Part shown: positions 1 through 9,888 of the stretch, piece by piece
How the letters are laid out: every line of letters starts with the position of its first letter
How positions within the stretch are numbered: position 1 is the first letter of the stretch
Source: an uncultured bacterium
Lineage (GTDB): Bacteria; Joyebacterota; Joyebacteria; Joyebacterales; Joyebacteraceae
Assembly (NCBI GenBank): GCA_964562405.1
Contig: CAZLTC010000003.1
Coordinates: forward strand, 7,036-52,557
Length of the DNA: 45,522 bases
Direction: 5' to 3'
Program-made: the position numbers and the translations under genes
The notes under the pieces: model-generated
The model's input: the letters and a program-made list of their open reading frames with translations, nothing else
What the model was told of the DNA's origin: nothing
Databases searched by the model: none

Positions 1-148
1 TGATGGAGAGCGTGCCGCCGGAGTGGCCGGAGCCGGCCGCGTGGAGGGCTATCATGTCGTAGCCCCGCATCTCGTTCGCGGCCTCCTTGAGCTGCTCGAC
101 CGTGTACGCCTTGCGGACCTTCCCTGTCTTCGAGTTCAGAATCGCCAT
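1..148 (-). CDS. Transketolase, N-terminal part (runs off window start)
   Basis: Manual translation from ATG at 148: MAILNSKTGKVRKAYTVEQLKEAANEMRGYDMIALHAAGSGHSGGTLSI. GSGHxGG motif of transketolases; GGAGG RBS upstream. Confidence 0.85.
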   Translation of the reverse strand, partial: MAILNSKTGKVRKAYTVEQLKEAANEMRGYDMIALHAAGSGHSGGTLSI

Positions 149-261
149 CTGGTGCTTTCCTCCGTTCGTCTGGGGCCGTATGGCCTCGTCCGATAAAGGA
201 CACCGGTTTCTAAGGGGAAACGCGCCGAATCGGCCCAGCAGTAGGGCCGATTGAGCAATCT

Positions 262-290
262 AGGATAGCATCTGCGGGCGTGGGTGTAAA
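262..290 (-). promoter_or_regulatory. Sigma70-type promoter for transketolase
   Basis: TTTACA-N17-TATCCT with TGn extended -10 on minus strand; 9-bp hairpin (228-252) just downstream. Confidence 0.6.
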
Positions 291-316
291 GCGCAGTAGT
301 GCGTGCAGAGCACGCC

Positions 317-1582
317 TCAGCGGACGAATCCGAGTTTCCGGAGGCGTGCCGCCTCCGGACGGGGCATTCTCACCTTCATCTCGACGAACTCATCACCATC
401 TGTCCTTGAGAGGACCTCCCCGTGTGCGTGGACGAACGCGACGGTCTTCCCGTCGGCCACAGGGATGGACAGCTCCACAAGCTCCTCGCGGCTCTCGACG
501 AAGGCGGTCATGGCCCTCCGCACCTCCTCGAGTCCGGTCCCCTCGGTTGCGCTCGTGAAGATCGCGCCCGGGTACTTCGCCTCGAGCCGCTCCATCTCAT
601 CGCCGTACCGGAGCCGGTCGACCTTGTTGAACACGATCCTCGTCGAGATCTCGGACGCTCCGATCTCGTCAAGGACCTCGTTGGCCAGCTCGAGATACCG
701 CTCGCAGTGCTCGCGCGACACATCGACTACGTGTAGAAGGAGGTCCGACTCGGCGACCTCGTCGAGCGTAGCGTGGAAGCTGACCACCAGGTGATGCGGA
801 AGCTTCTTGATGAGGCCGACGGTGTCTGTCAGGAGCGCCTCGTGACCGCCCGGCAGCTCGATGCGGCGCGTGGTGGCGTCGAGCGTGGCGAAGAGAAGGT
901 CCTCCGTGAAGACGTCGGCGCCGCTCAGCGCATTCATCAGAGTCGACTTCCCCGCGTTCGTGTAGCCGACCAGCGCCACTCGGGTCGTACCCTCTCGGCT
1001 CTTGCGCTGAACCGCCCGGTCGACCTCGACCCCCTTCAACACCTTCTTGAGGATGCGGATGCGCTCGTGCACGGCACGGCGGTCGCTTTCGAGCTGCGTC
1101 TCCCCGGGCCCTCTCGTTCCGATCCCGCCACCGAGCCGCTCGAGGTGGTCCCACAGCCGGCGGAGCCTCGGCAGCTCGTATTCGCACTGCGCAAGCTCCA
1201 CCTGCGTCCTCGCGACCTTCGTCCGCGCGCGCCTCGCGAAGATGTCGAGGATGAGTTCGGTGCGGTCGATGACCTTGAGCTCCGTCGCCTTCTCTACCTC
1301 TCGTGCCTGCGCCGGCCTGAGGTCGTCGTCGAACACGAGCAGGTTCGCGTCGTGGACCGCGGCCGCCATCTTGATGCGTTCTATCATCCCGCTTCCGACG
1401 TAGGTCTTCCCATCGATGCGCGTTCTGTTCTGAACGAAGCGGTCGACGACGGTCGCGCCGGCCGTGCGCGCCAGCTGCGCCAGCTCATCGAGCGACTCGT
1501 GCTCGTCATCGACCGTCGTGGCGGGCAGGCTCACTCCCACGAGAATCGCCCGCTCGTCGCTGGGCGTGTGTTCCCCTTTGAT
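317..1582 (-). CDS. hflX: Ribosome-splitting GTPase HflX (start probably ATC at 1582; alternative TTG at 1624)
   Basis: ERAILVG N-terminus, LILDIFARRA, GGIGTRGPGETQLE, GYTNAGKS (G1), LFATLD, DTVG, NKVD motifs. Confidence 0.95.
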   Translation of the reverse strand: MKGEHTPSDERAILVGVSLPATTVDDEHESLDELAQLARTAGATVVDRFVQNRTRIDGKTYVGSGMIERIKMAAAVHDANLLVFDDDLRPAQAREVEKATELKVIDRTELILDIFARRARTKVARTQVELAQCEYELPRLRRLWDHLERLGGGIGTRGPGETQLESDRRAVHERIRILKKVLKGVEVDRAVQRKSREGTTRVALVGYTNAGKSTLMNALSGADVFTEDLLFATLDATTRRIELPGGHEALLTDTVGLIKKLPHHLVVSFHATLDEVAESDLLLHVVDVSREHCERYLELANEVLDEIGASEISTRIVFNKVDRLRYGDEMERLEAKYPGAIFTSATEGTGLEEVRRAMTAFVESREELVELSIPVADGKTVAFVHAHGEVLSRTDGDEFVEMKVRMPRPEAARLRKLGFVR

Positions 1583-1668
1583 GTCGTCCTCCTCGCTGTC
1601 CCGTCGCGCCCGGCCGAACCGCAACGGTGGTGGTCGGCCACGTCGCGGGCCGATGGCGCAGGCGGCGA

Positions 1669-2202
1669 TCAGTCGTTCTGGAAATCCATCTCCACTTCGC
1701 TGGCATCCGGGCTCTGGAACTGCCCGTCCTCTGAGAACCGGAACGTCTTGGACAGCGCTCCGTTGCTGACCCTTGCGCTGCCCGAGAGATTCCAGTGATG
1801 GTCGGAGCCATCCAGATACTGCTCCACGCCCTTGCCGATACCCTCCCACGTCACCGTGAACGGTATGGCGACCTCCGCACTTCCACCCGCCGGGACGAAG
1901 ACCTCCTGCGGCATTCGGCCGTTGGCCATCTCAGTGCCGTCAACATCCACCTTGTATTCGAGCCGCCCGACGTTCGCCCCGAATCCGTTTGGGTTGGACA
2001 CGCCCACGTTGAGCAGCAGCTCAACGCCGTCCAGCGACAGGCCGTCGATCTCGACGCTGTTCAGCGTCACCTTGGGAGGCATCACGCTCGCGCACGAGGC
2101 TAGGAGCGCCCCGCAGGCGACTAGGGCCGCGCAGCGGACACGAACTGCTAGTGCCGTCCCGCGGCGGGTCGAGACCGCGCCTCGTCCTTCTGTCACTCTC
2201 AT
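1669..2202 (-). CDS. LEA type 2 / WHy domain lipoprotein
   Basis: Lipobox LLASC; V-S-N-P-N motif typical of LEA_2; beta-rich pattern. Confidence 0.8.
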   Translation of the reverse strand: MRVTEGRGAVSTRRGTALAVRVRCAALVACGALLASCASVMPPKVTLNSVEIDGLSLDGVELLLNVGVSNPNGFGANVGRLEYKVDVDGTEMANGRMPQEVFVPAGGSAEVAIPFTVTWEGIGKGVEQYLDGSDHHWNLSGSARVSNGALSKTFRFSEDGQFQSPDASEVEMDFQND

Positions 2203-2247
2203 GTCCCTGCTCCTCTGCCGTCAGGTTCGCCTTGTAAGCTCCACCGC

Positions 2248-2718
2248 TCAGTCGGGCGTGTTCTGCTTCATCAGCCCGGCCAGCTCAACGATGATACCCT
2301 CGACTGCCTTCCTGACCTCCGGACACATGGTGCCACCGAGCTTCGTCGACGCCGCCTGAACCGCCACAAGATAGACGTCCGCGCCCGTGTCCTCCTTCAG
2401 GATCGACATGAACATCGAAAGCGGCGGCGCGTGTGTCCCGATCATGAGACCGCCGACATCGTCGGACGAAGCGATGCGAACCTCTCCGGGCTCGCCGTCA
2501 AAATCGGCCGCGTCGATGAGAATGATCGTGTCCGGCGCGGCGCGGCGAACCGGCGCCACGAAGTTCTCAGGCGCCTGCCCGCCGTCGAAGACGCGCGTCG
2601 GGAACTCCCGAGCCAGCGCCTCGGCGACCGTGGGGCCAGCCGCGTCGTCGGCCTTGAGGACGTTGCCAAGCCCCATCACAACGACACGACCCCGCGCAAT
2701 GCCTGGTAGAGGTATCAT
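2248..2718 (-). CDS. hycI: Hydrogenase maturation endopeptidase (HycI-like)
   Basis: GLGNVLKADDAAG, PEN, IDAADF and THxxPL motifs of the HycI/HybD family; start uncertain. Confidence 0.85.
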   Translation of the reverse strand: MIPLPGIARGRVVVMGLGNVLKADDAAGPTVAEALAREFPTRVFDGGQAPENFVAPVRRAAPDTIILIDAADFDGEPGEVRIASSDDVGGLMIGTHAPPLSMFMSILKEDTGADVYLVAVQAASTKLGGTMCPEVRKAVEGIIVELAGLMKQNTPD

Positions 2719-2932
2719 GTTCCCCTGAAGGGAGCTCGCATCAGTCAGCGCCACATCGCCTCTGTGCTGCTCACAGCCAGCGCTGCTCCGTCCACATGGC
2801 CAGCGATTAAACCACATCTAGGCGGCGTTCTCCACGCCCGTCAGAGCGACAGGCGGAAGCAGTTGTGTGCGGCTGCGGCGGCTGGTATCTTCGCTCATCC
2901 CCAATATGGCTCCGTGTGGAGGAGATGAGGCC

Positions 2933-3700
2933 GTGGAGAGGAACGACATCCCTATACTCGAGCACGACCCCTCGCCGACCGCGGTCATCGAGCCCTCGTG
3001 CCACGTCAAGCCGATCGATGCCCCCGAGCACTGCGTCCCGTGCTTCTTTCAGGACGTCATCGACGGGCTCGTGGAGCAGGGTCGCCTCAAAGAGATCGCG
3101 GCGTTGGGCTCCGAGATGGGCAGACACCCTCTCTACGAGATGGAGGTGGACGGTCGCAGGGTCGCCGTGCTGCAGCCCGGCCTCACGGCGCCGTTCGCCG
3201 CGGCCATGCTCGAAGAGGTCATCTGTCTGGGGTGTCGCAAGTTCGTCGCGTGCGGCGGGGCCGGCGTCCTCCTTCCCGACATCCACGTCGGGCGCGTCAT
3301 CGTTCCGACCTGCGCCATCCGTGACGAGGGCACGTCCTACCACTACCTCCCCCCGGGCCGCGAGGTCGAGCCTGCGCCTGAGGCGCTCGCCGCCATTGAA
3401 GCGGTGCTCACCGAGCACGGCGTCGACTATCTGAGCGGCAAGGTGTGGACGACCGACGCCATCTACCGGGAGACGCGCGACAAGGTCGAGCGGCGGCGCG
3501 AGGAAGGCTGCATCGCTGTCGAGATGGAGGCCGCAGCGTTCTTCGCAGTGGCCAGGTTCCGCGGGGTCACGTTCGGGCAGATCCTCTACGGTGGTGACGA
3601 CCTGAGCGGTGAGGAGTGGGACCATCGAGGATGGCAGAAGCACGGCACCGTGCGCGAGGGGCTGCTGTGGCTGGCGGTGGAGGCGTGCCTTAGGATGTAG
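2933..3700 (+). CDS. Nucleoside phosphorylase (uridine/purine phosphorylase family)
   Basis: GGAG, AIRDEGTSYHY, WTTDAIYRET, VEMEAAA motifs; GTG start after GGAGGAG. Confidence 0.9.
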   Translation: MERNDIPILEHDPSPTAVIEPSCHVKPIDAPEHCVPCFFQDVIDGLVEQGRLKEIAALGSEMGRHPLYEMEVDGRRVAVLQPGLTAPFAAAMLEEVICLGCRKFVACGGAGVLLPDIHVGRVIVPTCAIRDEGTSYHYLPPGREVEPAPEALAAIEAVLTEHGVDYLSGKVWTTDAIYRETRDKVERRREEGCIAVEMEAAAFFAVARFRGVTFGQILYGGDDLSGEEWDHRGWQKHGTVREGLLWLAVEACLRM

Positions 3701-3714
3701 GGCCAGAGGATGCT

Positions 3715-4281
3715 ATGACAGACATGCCCGTCATCATCAGATCCGAACGCCTGGTGCTGCGTGAGTTCGTCGCCGAGGACTTCGGCGCGGTGCACGAGTA
3801 CGCCACCGACCCGGAGGTCGTACGCTTCATGCCGTGGGGGCCGAACACCGAGGACGAGACGCGCGCGTTCATCGAACGCTCGCTGGAAGCGCAGCGCCGG
3901 GAGCCGCGCAGAGCATTCGAACTCGCCGTGACGCTCGCGGAAGGCAGCCGGTTGATCGGCGGATGCGGCATCCGCGTCTCTGCGCCGTCCGACCTTGGCG
4001 CCGACATGGGCTATTGCCTGAGACGCGACTGCTGGGGTCGTGGGCTGGGCACCGAGGCAGCGCGCGCGATAGTCGGCTTCGGGTTCGAGCGGCTCGGCAT
4101 GCACCGCATCATAGCCACGTGCGATACGAAGAACGTGGCATCAGCGCGCGTGCTCGATAAGACCGGAATGAGAAGAGAGGCACACTACCGCGAGGACTCG
4201 CTCATACGAGACGAATGGCGTGACTCCTACCTCTACGCCATTCTGGAGCGTGAATGGAGGTCCTGCCGTGGAGACGCGTGA
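3715..4281 (+). CDS. GNAT N-acetyltransferase, RimJ/RimL type
   Basis: ERLVLREF, MGYCL...WGRGLGTEA, NVASARVLDKTGM. Confidence 0.9.
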   Translation: MTDMPVIIRSERLVLREFVAEDFGAVHEYATDPEVVRFMPWGPNTEDETRAFIERSLEAQRREPRRAFELAVTLAEGSRLIGGCGIRVSAPSDLGADMGYCLRRDCWGRGLGTEAARAIVGFGFERLGMHRIIATCDTKNVASARVLDKTGMRREAHYREDSLIRDEWRDSYLYAILEREWRSCRGDA

Positions 4282-4825
4282 CTACACCGGCGGCGAACGA
4301 CCCGACCGGGCAAGGATCGAGATCGACCGGACGCCGATGATGATAATGCTGGTCCTGATCGTCGTCGCGGTGGTCCAGTTCGCCCACTACTACGCCAAGC
4401 TGCCGGAAACGCTCGCCACGCACTTCAACATGGCCGGGCAACCCAACGGCTGGACCGGCAGGGCCGGGTTCATCGCAACGATGGGCGCCATAGAGGCATT
4501 CTTCGTGATCGGCGCGTTCCTGTTCACGAGGTTCGCCGCGAGGATCCCGACGAGCGCGCTCAACATTCCAAACAGGGACTACTGGATGGAGCCCGCGCGC
4601 CGGAGCGACAGCCTGAAGTTCGTCTGGAGCCACATTCTCTGGATCGAGACGATCACGCTGGCGTTCCTGATCGTTGTCGCCGAGGTCGTCTTCCGGTCCA
4701 ACCTCACCGGGGGCACGCCCGCGCTCCCGGGTGACTTCTTCTATGTCCTGGTGGTCTTCGTCGTGACGATCGGCTGGCTGGCCATCCGCATCCTCTTGAG
4801 GTTCAGAAGGCACGGACTGGACTAG
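4268..4825 (+). CDS. DUF1648-domain membrane protein
   Basis: YAKLPETLATHFNMAGQPNGW motif, NIPNRDYW, about 4 hydrophobic helices. Confidence 0.75.
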   Translation: METRDYTGGERPDRARIEIDRTPMMIMLVLIVVAVVQFAHYYAKLPETLATHFNMAGQPNGWTGRAGFIATMGAIEAFFVIGAFLFTRFAARIPTSALNIPNRDYWMEPARRSDSLKFVWSHILWIETITLAFLIVVAEVVFRSNLTGGTPALPGDFFYVLVVFVVTIGWLAIRILLRFRRHGLD

Positions 4826-4833
4826 ACGACCAC

Positions 4834-5829
4834 TCAGCCTTCCCTTATGCGGACGTCTCCGTCGCTCGTCCTGACGCGCAGACTGCCGCTGCCTCCGCGC
4901 ACCCGGCCCGAGGCCATGTGGTCGTCCTTCATGTAGTCCTGAGGTTCCGGAACGTCGATGCTCACACGCCCGTCATCGGTCTTCACGCGGAACGAGTAGG
5001 AGCTTCCGGCCGGCATCGATACAGTGACATGTCCGTCGTCCGTCTCGATATCGACGTCCTTGACCTCGCCCGAGCTGATCCCGACATCCACGTCGCCGTC
5101 GGCCGCGCGCACGCGTACGGAGCCCGCGTCGGCGAGACCCAGCGATACATCGCCGTCGTCGACCGAAACGTCGAAGCTGCCTCTCGAGTCGCTGACGCTG
5201 ATGTCTCCGTCCTGGAGATCGAGCTTCGCGATCAGAGGACCGCATCCGGACAGGCGTACATCGCCGTCGTCTCCCGACAACCGCAGCTCGCCCGACAGGC
5301 CGATCACGGTGACATCGCCGTCGTTCGTCGAGACGCTCGTACTTGCGGCGGCAACGTCGTCGAGCAGCACATCGCCGTCGCTGACTGAGCAGTCGATCTC
5401 GGCACGCCAGTCCGCGATCTCGACGTCGCCGTCGTCCCCGTCGATCTCGAGCTTGACCCACGCGGGCGCCTTGATGGTGTACGTGTACTCGTAGATGCGG
5501 ATGGACTGGAACATCGAGGGGCCGCTCGGCAACATGTGCCCCACGACGCTGACGACGTTCTCGCCGAGCTCGAACTCCACGTCGAAGTCGGGGTCCTCTC
5601 CCACGCCGAGGCGGGTAACGTCGGCACGGCAGCGGACGGCCACGTCTATGACGTTCTTGTCCCACGGGGTTATCGTGACGTCCCCGTCACCGCTGTGAAG
5701 CTCCAGACGGAAACCCTCGCTGACATCGAAGCTCTGATGAAAGTCCCGGTCGATGCTGGTCGCCCTGGAGGGCGTGGAGACGACCCCGAGCATTGCGAGA
5801 GCCATGACTGCTACAAATGCACCGTTCAT
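4834..5829 (-). CDS. Exported DUF4097 family beta-strand repeat protein
   Basis: Signal peptide MNGAFVAVMALAMLG; many xxDGDVxV repeats; GGGAGG RBS. Confidence 0.8.
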   Translation of the reverse strand: MNGAFVAVMALAMLGVVSTPSRATSIDRDFHQSFDVSEGFRLELHSGDGDVTITPWDKNVIDVAVRCRADVTRLGVGEDPDFDVEFELGENVVSVVGHMLPSGPSMFQSIRIYEYTYTIKAPAWVKLEIDGDDGDVEIADWRAEIDCSVSDGDVLLDDVAAASTSVSTNDGDVTVIGLSGELRLSGDDGDVRLSGCGPLIAKLDLQDGDISVSDSRGSFDVSVDDGDVSLGLADAGSVRVRAADGDVDVGISSGEVKDVDIETDDGHVTVSMPAGSSYSFRVKTDDGRVSIDVPEPQDYMKDDHMASGRVRGGSGSLRVRTSDGDVRIREG

Positions 5830-5902
5830 CTCACGACCTCCCTGCGGAATGGGACTGTGACCTGACGCACTTAGCGGCCCGGATTGGCTCGTACACAAAC
5901 TG

Positions 5903-5930
5903 AGACACCCGCGGACGGGTGATGGTTTCC
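5903..5930 (-). promoter_or_regulatory. Possible ECF-sigma promoter upstream of DUF4097 gene
   Basis: GGAAAC-N17-TGTCT (AAC-N18-GTC spacing). Confidence 0.35.
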
Positions 5931-5949
5931 TCAGGGCATCAACTAGCGC

Positions 5950-5978
5950 TTCACCGCAGCCTGAGGCCGTGATAGCAT
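5950..5978 (+). promoter_or_regulatory. Possible sigma70 promoter for oligoendopeptidase
   Basis: TTCACC-N17-TAGCAT with TGn extension. Confidence 0.4.
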
Positions 5979-6019
5979 TGATTCTCAGCAACCTGAACAG
6001 GAATCGAGGAGGTGCGCGC

Positions 6020-7837
6020 ATGGCGGAAGCAAAGGGCAACCTGCCCCACTGGGATCTCTCGAACGTGTACGGCGGGCTCGACGCAGCCGACTTCAAGGCC
6101 GACTTCGAGCTGCTCAAGGGCTACCTTGACAAACTGGAGAAATATGAACAGGCGCACGGGATAGGCAAGCTCGAGGCGCCGCCCGGAGATCCGGCTGCAA
6201 CCGGGGAGGTTCTGGGTGGCATCCTCGGTATGCTCAACGACACCCTGCTCACACTCTCGACGCTGAACGCCTACGTCTACAGCTTCGTGTCTACCGACTC
6301 GCGCAACACTCTCGCCGCCCGCAGGCAGAGCGAACTCGAGCAGCTTCAGATCCGCTTCCGCAAGGTCTACGTCCCCTTCGAGGCCTGGGTGGGCTCGGTC
6401 GCACCGGTGCTCGACAAGATCGTCGAGACATCTCAGGTCGCTAAGGAACACCGTCTGGCCCTCAAGGACATCGCCGACGAGAGCAAGTTCCGCATGACCG
6501 CGGAGATGGAGGCGCTCGCGTCGGAGCTCGTGATGTCCGGAGGCGGCGTCATGGACAAGCTCCAGGAGCGCGTCACGAGCCAGCTCAAGATGCCGTTCAC
6601 GGACAAGACCGGCAATACCAAGCAGCTGCCGATGACGATGCTGCGCAACCTCGCCAACGACTCAGACCCGGACGTGCGCAAGCGCGCCCACGACGTCGAA
6701 CTCAGAGGCTGGGAGTCGATACGCGAGCCCGTCGCCTTCGCGATGAACGGCGTCAAGGGGACGGCCGTGACGCTAGCCAAGCGGCGAGGCTACGAGGACG
6801 TTCTCCACTGGTCGCTCGAGATGAACAAGATGGACCGAGCCACGCTCGACGCGCTCATGGGCGCGATGAAGGACTCGTTCCCCACCTTCAGGCGTTACCT
6901 CAAGAGCAAGGCCGAGAAGCTCGGTCGTCAGAAGCTCCCGTGGTGGGACATGATGGCGCCGGTCGGCTCGGTGGAACTCAAGTACACGTGGGATGAACTC
7001 AAGGCGTTCGTGGTCGAGCAGTTCGGGACGTTCAGCAGCGAGCTTGCCGACTTCGCGAGGAACGCCTTCGAGCACAACTGGATAGATGCGGAGCCCCGGG
7101 ATGGCAAGATCGGAGGCGCGTTCTGCATGCGCGTCCCCAAGGTCAACGAGTCGCGTGTGATGTGCAACTTCGATGGGAGTTTCGACCAGCTCTCGACGGT
7201 CTCGCACGAACTCGGACACGGGTTCCACAACTACTGCCAGATCGGGCTTCCCATGATACGCGCCGGCTCACCGATGACGCTCGCCGAGACGGCATCCATC
7301 TTCTGCGAGACGCTCGTGACGAACGCGGCCCTTAAAACCGCGAAGCCCGAGGCGCAGCTGGGCATCCTCGAGAACCAGCTCATCAACGCGACGCAGGTCA
7401 TCGTCGATATCTACTCGCGCTTCGTATTCGAGAGCGAGGTCCTGAAGCGGCGCGCGGAGGCAGAGCTGTCGGCCGACGAGTTCTGCGAGATCATGGTGGA
7501 CGCGCAGAAGAAGACCTACGGCGACGGGCTCGACCAAGAGCATCTGCACCCGTACATGTGGCTTCTGAAACCCCACTACTACTCGTGCGACTACAACTTC
7601 TACAACTTCCCATACGCCTTCGGCCTGCTGTTCGGGCTCGGCGTCTACGCTCTCTATCAGAAGGAGGGCGAGGCGTTCATCCCAAGGTACAAGGAGCTGC
7701 TGCGGAGCACGGGTGAGGGCAAGGCCGCCGACCTTGCAGCGAAGTACGACATCGACATCCGTTCACGGGGCTTCTGGGAGGACAGCATCAAGGTGCTCGC
7801 GGCGCAGGTCGACAGATACTGCGAGCTTGAGGGATAG
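6020..7837 (+). CDS. M3 family oligoendopeptidase F
   Basis: LPHWDLS N-terminus, GKIGGAFC, HELGH zinc motif, LAETASIFCE, FYNFPYAFG; GAGGAGG RBS. Confidence 0.93.
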   Translation: MAEAKGNLPHWDLSNVYGGLDAADFKADFELLKGYLDKLEKYEQAHGIGKLEAPPGDPAATGEVLGGILGMLNDTLLTLSTLNAYVYSFVSTDSRNTLAARRQSELEQLQIRFRKVYVPFEAWVGSVAPVLDKIVETSQVAKEHRLALKDIADESKFRMTAEMEALASELVMSGGGVMDKLQERVTSQLKMPFTDKTGNTKQLPMTMLRNLANDSDPDVRKRAHDVELRGWESIREPVAFAMNGVKGTAVTLAKRRGYEDVLHWSLEMNKMDRATLDALMGAMKDSFPTFRRYLKSKAEKLGRQKLPWWDMMAPVGSVELKYTWDELKAFVVEQFGTFSSELADFARNAFEHNWIDAEPRDGKIGGAFCMRVPKVNESRVMCNFDGSFDQLSTVSHELGHGFHNYCQIGLPMIRAGSPMTLAETASIFCETLVTNAALKTAKPEAQLGILENQLINATQVIVDIYSRFVFESEVLKRRAEAELSADEFCEIMVDAQKKTYGDGLDQEHLHPYMWLLKPHYYSCDYNFYNFPYAFGLLFGLGVYALYQKEGEAFIPRYKELLRSTGEGKAADLAAKYDIDIRSRGFWEDSIKVLAAQVDRYCELEG

Positions 7838-7908
7838 GTGAGCCGCGCCGCCGCTCGAAGGCCTGAGCGGCAACTTCGCGTCCCAAAAGACCGAATCAGC
7901 CTCACGAC

Positions 7909-7942
7909 AACAGGGGCGGCTCACCTCGAGCCGCCCCTTGTT
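7909..7942. terminator. Likely bidirectional intrinsic terminator
   Basis: AGGGGCGGCTC / GAGCCGCCCCT inverted repeat with T-containing flanks, between convergent genes. Confidence 0.65.
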
Positions 7943-8001
7943 CATCACATCCAATGCCGTCGGCCTCGCGCGCGGGACTCCCGCCCTCAACGCACCACCG
8001 T

Positions 8002-9888
8002 TCAGCACACCTTAAGAATGACCAGCGTCACATCGTCGGCCTGGATCTCGAGCTGCGAGAAGTCGCGCACCGCCTTGAGGAGAGCCTGGCCTATCTCCTC
8101 CGCCGACTCATTCCGATGCTCGGTCACGATCCTGATGACGTTCCCAAGCTCGAACTCCTCGTCACCGGGGTTCCTCGCCTCAGTCACGCCGTCGGTGTAG
8201 AGGCAGAGCACGTCCCCGGGCGCGAGCTGCTCCTCGGCCACGTCGTACTCCGCGTCGGGGATGAACCCGAGCACGAAGCCACCCTCCTCCAGCTGCCGGC
8301 AGTCCCCGTCCTGCGAAACGAGTATCGGGTTATCGTGCCCGGCGCGGACGTACCTCAAGAGGTGCGTCTCCTTTTCGATGGCGCCCAGGAAGAGCGTCAC
8401 GAACTTGCCGGCGTCGGTGTTGCGGTGGACGAGCCGGTTCAGATTCTGAGCAGTACCCTTGATATCAAAGTCCGGCTGGAACGCGTGGCAGTGGAGCCCT
8501 GCCTGCACGTTCGACATGAGGAGCGCGGCGGGCAGGCCCTTGCCCGAAACATCGGCGATCGTGAAGACGAGCGGTCTGCCTCCGTCGAGGTCGATCACGT
8601 CGTAGTAGTCGCCCGAGACCGCTAGCGAACTCACGTTGATGCCCCAGACGTCCAACCCCTTTACCTCCGGGATCTCGTCGGGGAGGAACCTCTCCTGTGT
8701 CCGACGCGCGGTCTCGAGTTCCTTCCTGACCCGCTCGTTCTCGACGGCCTCCGCGTGCAGCTCCTTCGTCGTCTCTACGTGGTTGCTCACCAGAGCGAAC
8801 GACGCGGAGAAGAGCAGGCTGCCCAGAACGAGTCCGCCCGGAAGGACGATGTCGGCGCGGGCGTGAAGGAAACCGGTCGCCACGAGGCAGGCGGCTATGA
8901 CGCCTATGGCGGTGAACGCCGCGAACGCAGGACGACGCCGCGACATCAGGAGCACGCAGGCGACACACCAGATGACGATCCAGGCGAGCGTTATCGGCCA
9001 CGCGGCGTCCCTTATGGGCGCGCCCCGCAGCAGAGTCTCCGTGATGGCGCCGAGAACGACAACTCCCGGCAGGCCGAACGCCTCGACGCCTCCCCCTATG
9101 TCCTGAAGCCTCGGCACGGTGACGAAGTCGGTCGACGGGTCGTCGACGAGGCCCACGAGCGCGATGCGGCCCTTGACGACTGACAGCGCCTCGGGGTCCT
9201 CGTTGTAGACGTCCTTGTACGACACGACCGGGATCGTAACGTCCATGGACGGGAACTCGATCGGGATGTTGCCCTCAACGTCAACCCCCGCGAGCCTCTC
9301 GGGCAGCGACTCAAGCCCGAGCCTCGTCAGGCGAGAGTCCCTGTCGAATCGCCTCACGGTCCCGTCGGAATCGGTCTGGACGTCCGCCACGAACGCGCCC
9401 TGCGCGGCGGACATCAGGAGCGAGTCGGGCTGGCTCGCCGTCAGGAGCACCGCCGTGTCTCCGGAACGCGCCGACCTGCGCTCCTCACGAAGCGACATCA
9501 CGAGGAACACTTTGCCGGATGCGCGGATGGCGTCGGCGAACCTTGTCGGCGGCTCGTCGAACGTGTCGCCGCCTAAGGACAGGTCGAACACGATCGCGCG
9601 CGCGCCCGCCTTGTCGAGGATCTCGACCATGCGCGCGTGCTTGTCGGTGTGCCTGGACAGAGGAAAGACGGGCGAGTCGAACAGCTGCTCACGCGTCGGC
9701 CTGTCGATGCCGACGACGGCGACCTCCGTCCACGGAGCCACGGGCCGCTTGGAGTGGAAGTAGTTGAAGAAGCGCGCGTCGAGCGGCGCCCAGAAGATGG
9801 GGCGCGCCAGGTATGCGAGCGGTATGAGATAGATGAGAGGGAGCAGGCGTCTGAGCCTGCTCCCGTGGAAGATGCCTCCGAATGTCAC
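8002..9888 (-). CDS. CHASE2 sensor - 3TM - PP2C/SpoIIE (RsbU-like) Ser/Thr phosphatase
   Basis: CHASE2 hallmarks VAVVGID, GARAIVFD, DSDGTVRR, GRIALVG, LPGV; 3 TM helices; PP2C motifs SGDYYD, IADVSGKG, AGH, LYTDGVTEA, DDVTL. GTG start overlaps upstream stop (GTGA). Confidence 0.9.
   Translation of the reverse strand: MTFGGIFHGSRLRRLLPLIYLIPLAYLARPIFWAPLDARFFNYFHSKRPVAPWTEVAVVGIDRPTREQLFDSPVFPLSRHTDKHARMVEILDKAGARAIVFDLSLGGDTFDEPPTRFADAIRASGKVFLVMSLREERRSARSGDTAVLLTASQPDSLLMSAAQGAFVADVQTDSDGTVRRFDRDSRLTRLGLESLPERLAGVDVEGNIPIEFPSMDVTIPVVSYKDVYNEDPEALSVVKGRIALVGLVDDPSTDFVTVPRLQDIGGGVEAFGLPGVVVLGAITETLLRGAPIRDAAWPITLAWIVIWCVACVLLMSRRRPAFAAFTAIGVIAACLVATGFLHARADIVLPGGLVLGSLLFSASFALVSNHVETTKELHAEAVENERVRKELETARRTQERFLPDEIPEVKGLDVWGINVSSLAVSGDYYDVIDLDGGRPLVFTIADVSGKGLPAALLMSNVQAGLHCHAFQPDFDIKGTAQNLNRLVHRNTDAGKFVTLFLGAIEKETHLLRYVRAGHDNPILVSQDGDCRQLEEGGFVLGFIPDAEYDVAEEQLAPGDVLCLYTDGVTEARNPGDEEFELGNVIRIVTEHRNESAEEIGQALLKAVRDFSQLEIQADDVTLVILKVC

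Noticed and set aside
4834-5829. Repeated CATCGCCGTCG-like DNA motifs resembling an array
   Set aside because: They encode DGDV protein repeats of the DUF4097 fold, not CRISPR or ncRNA repeats.
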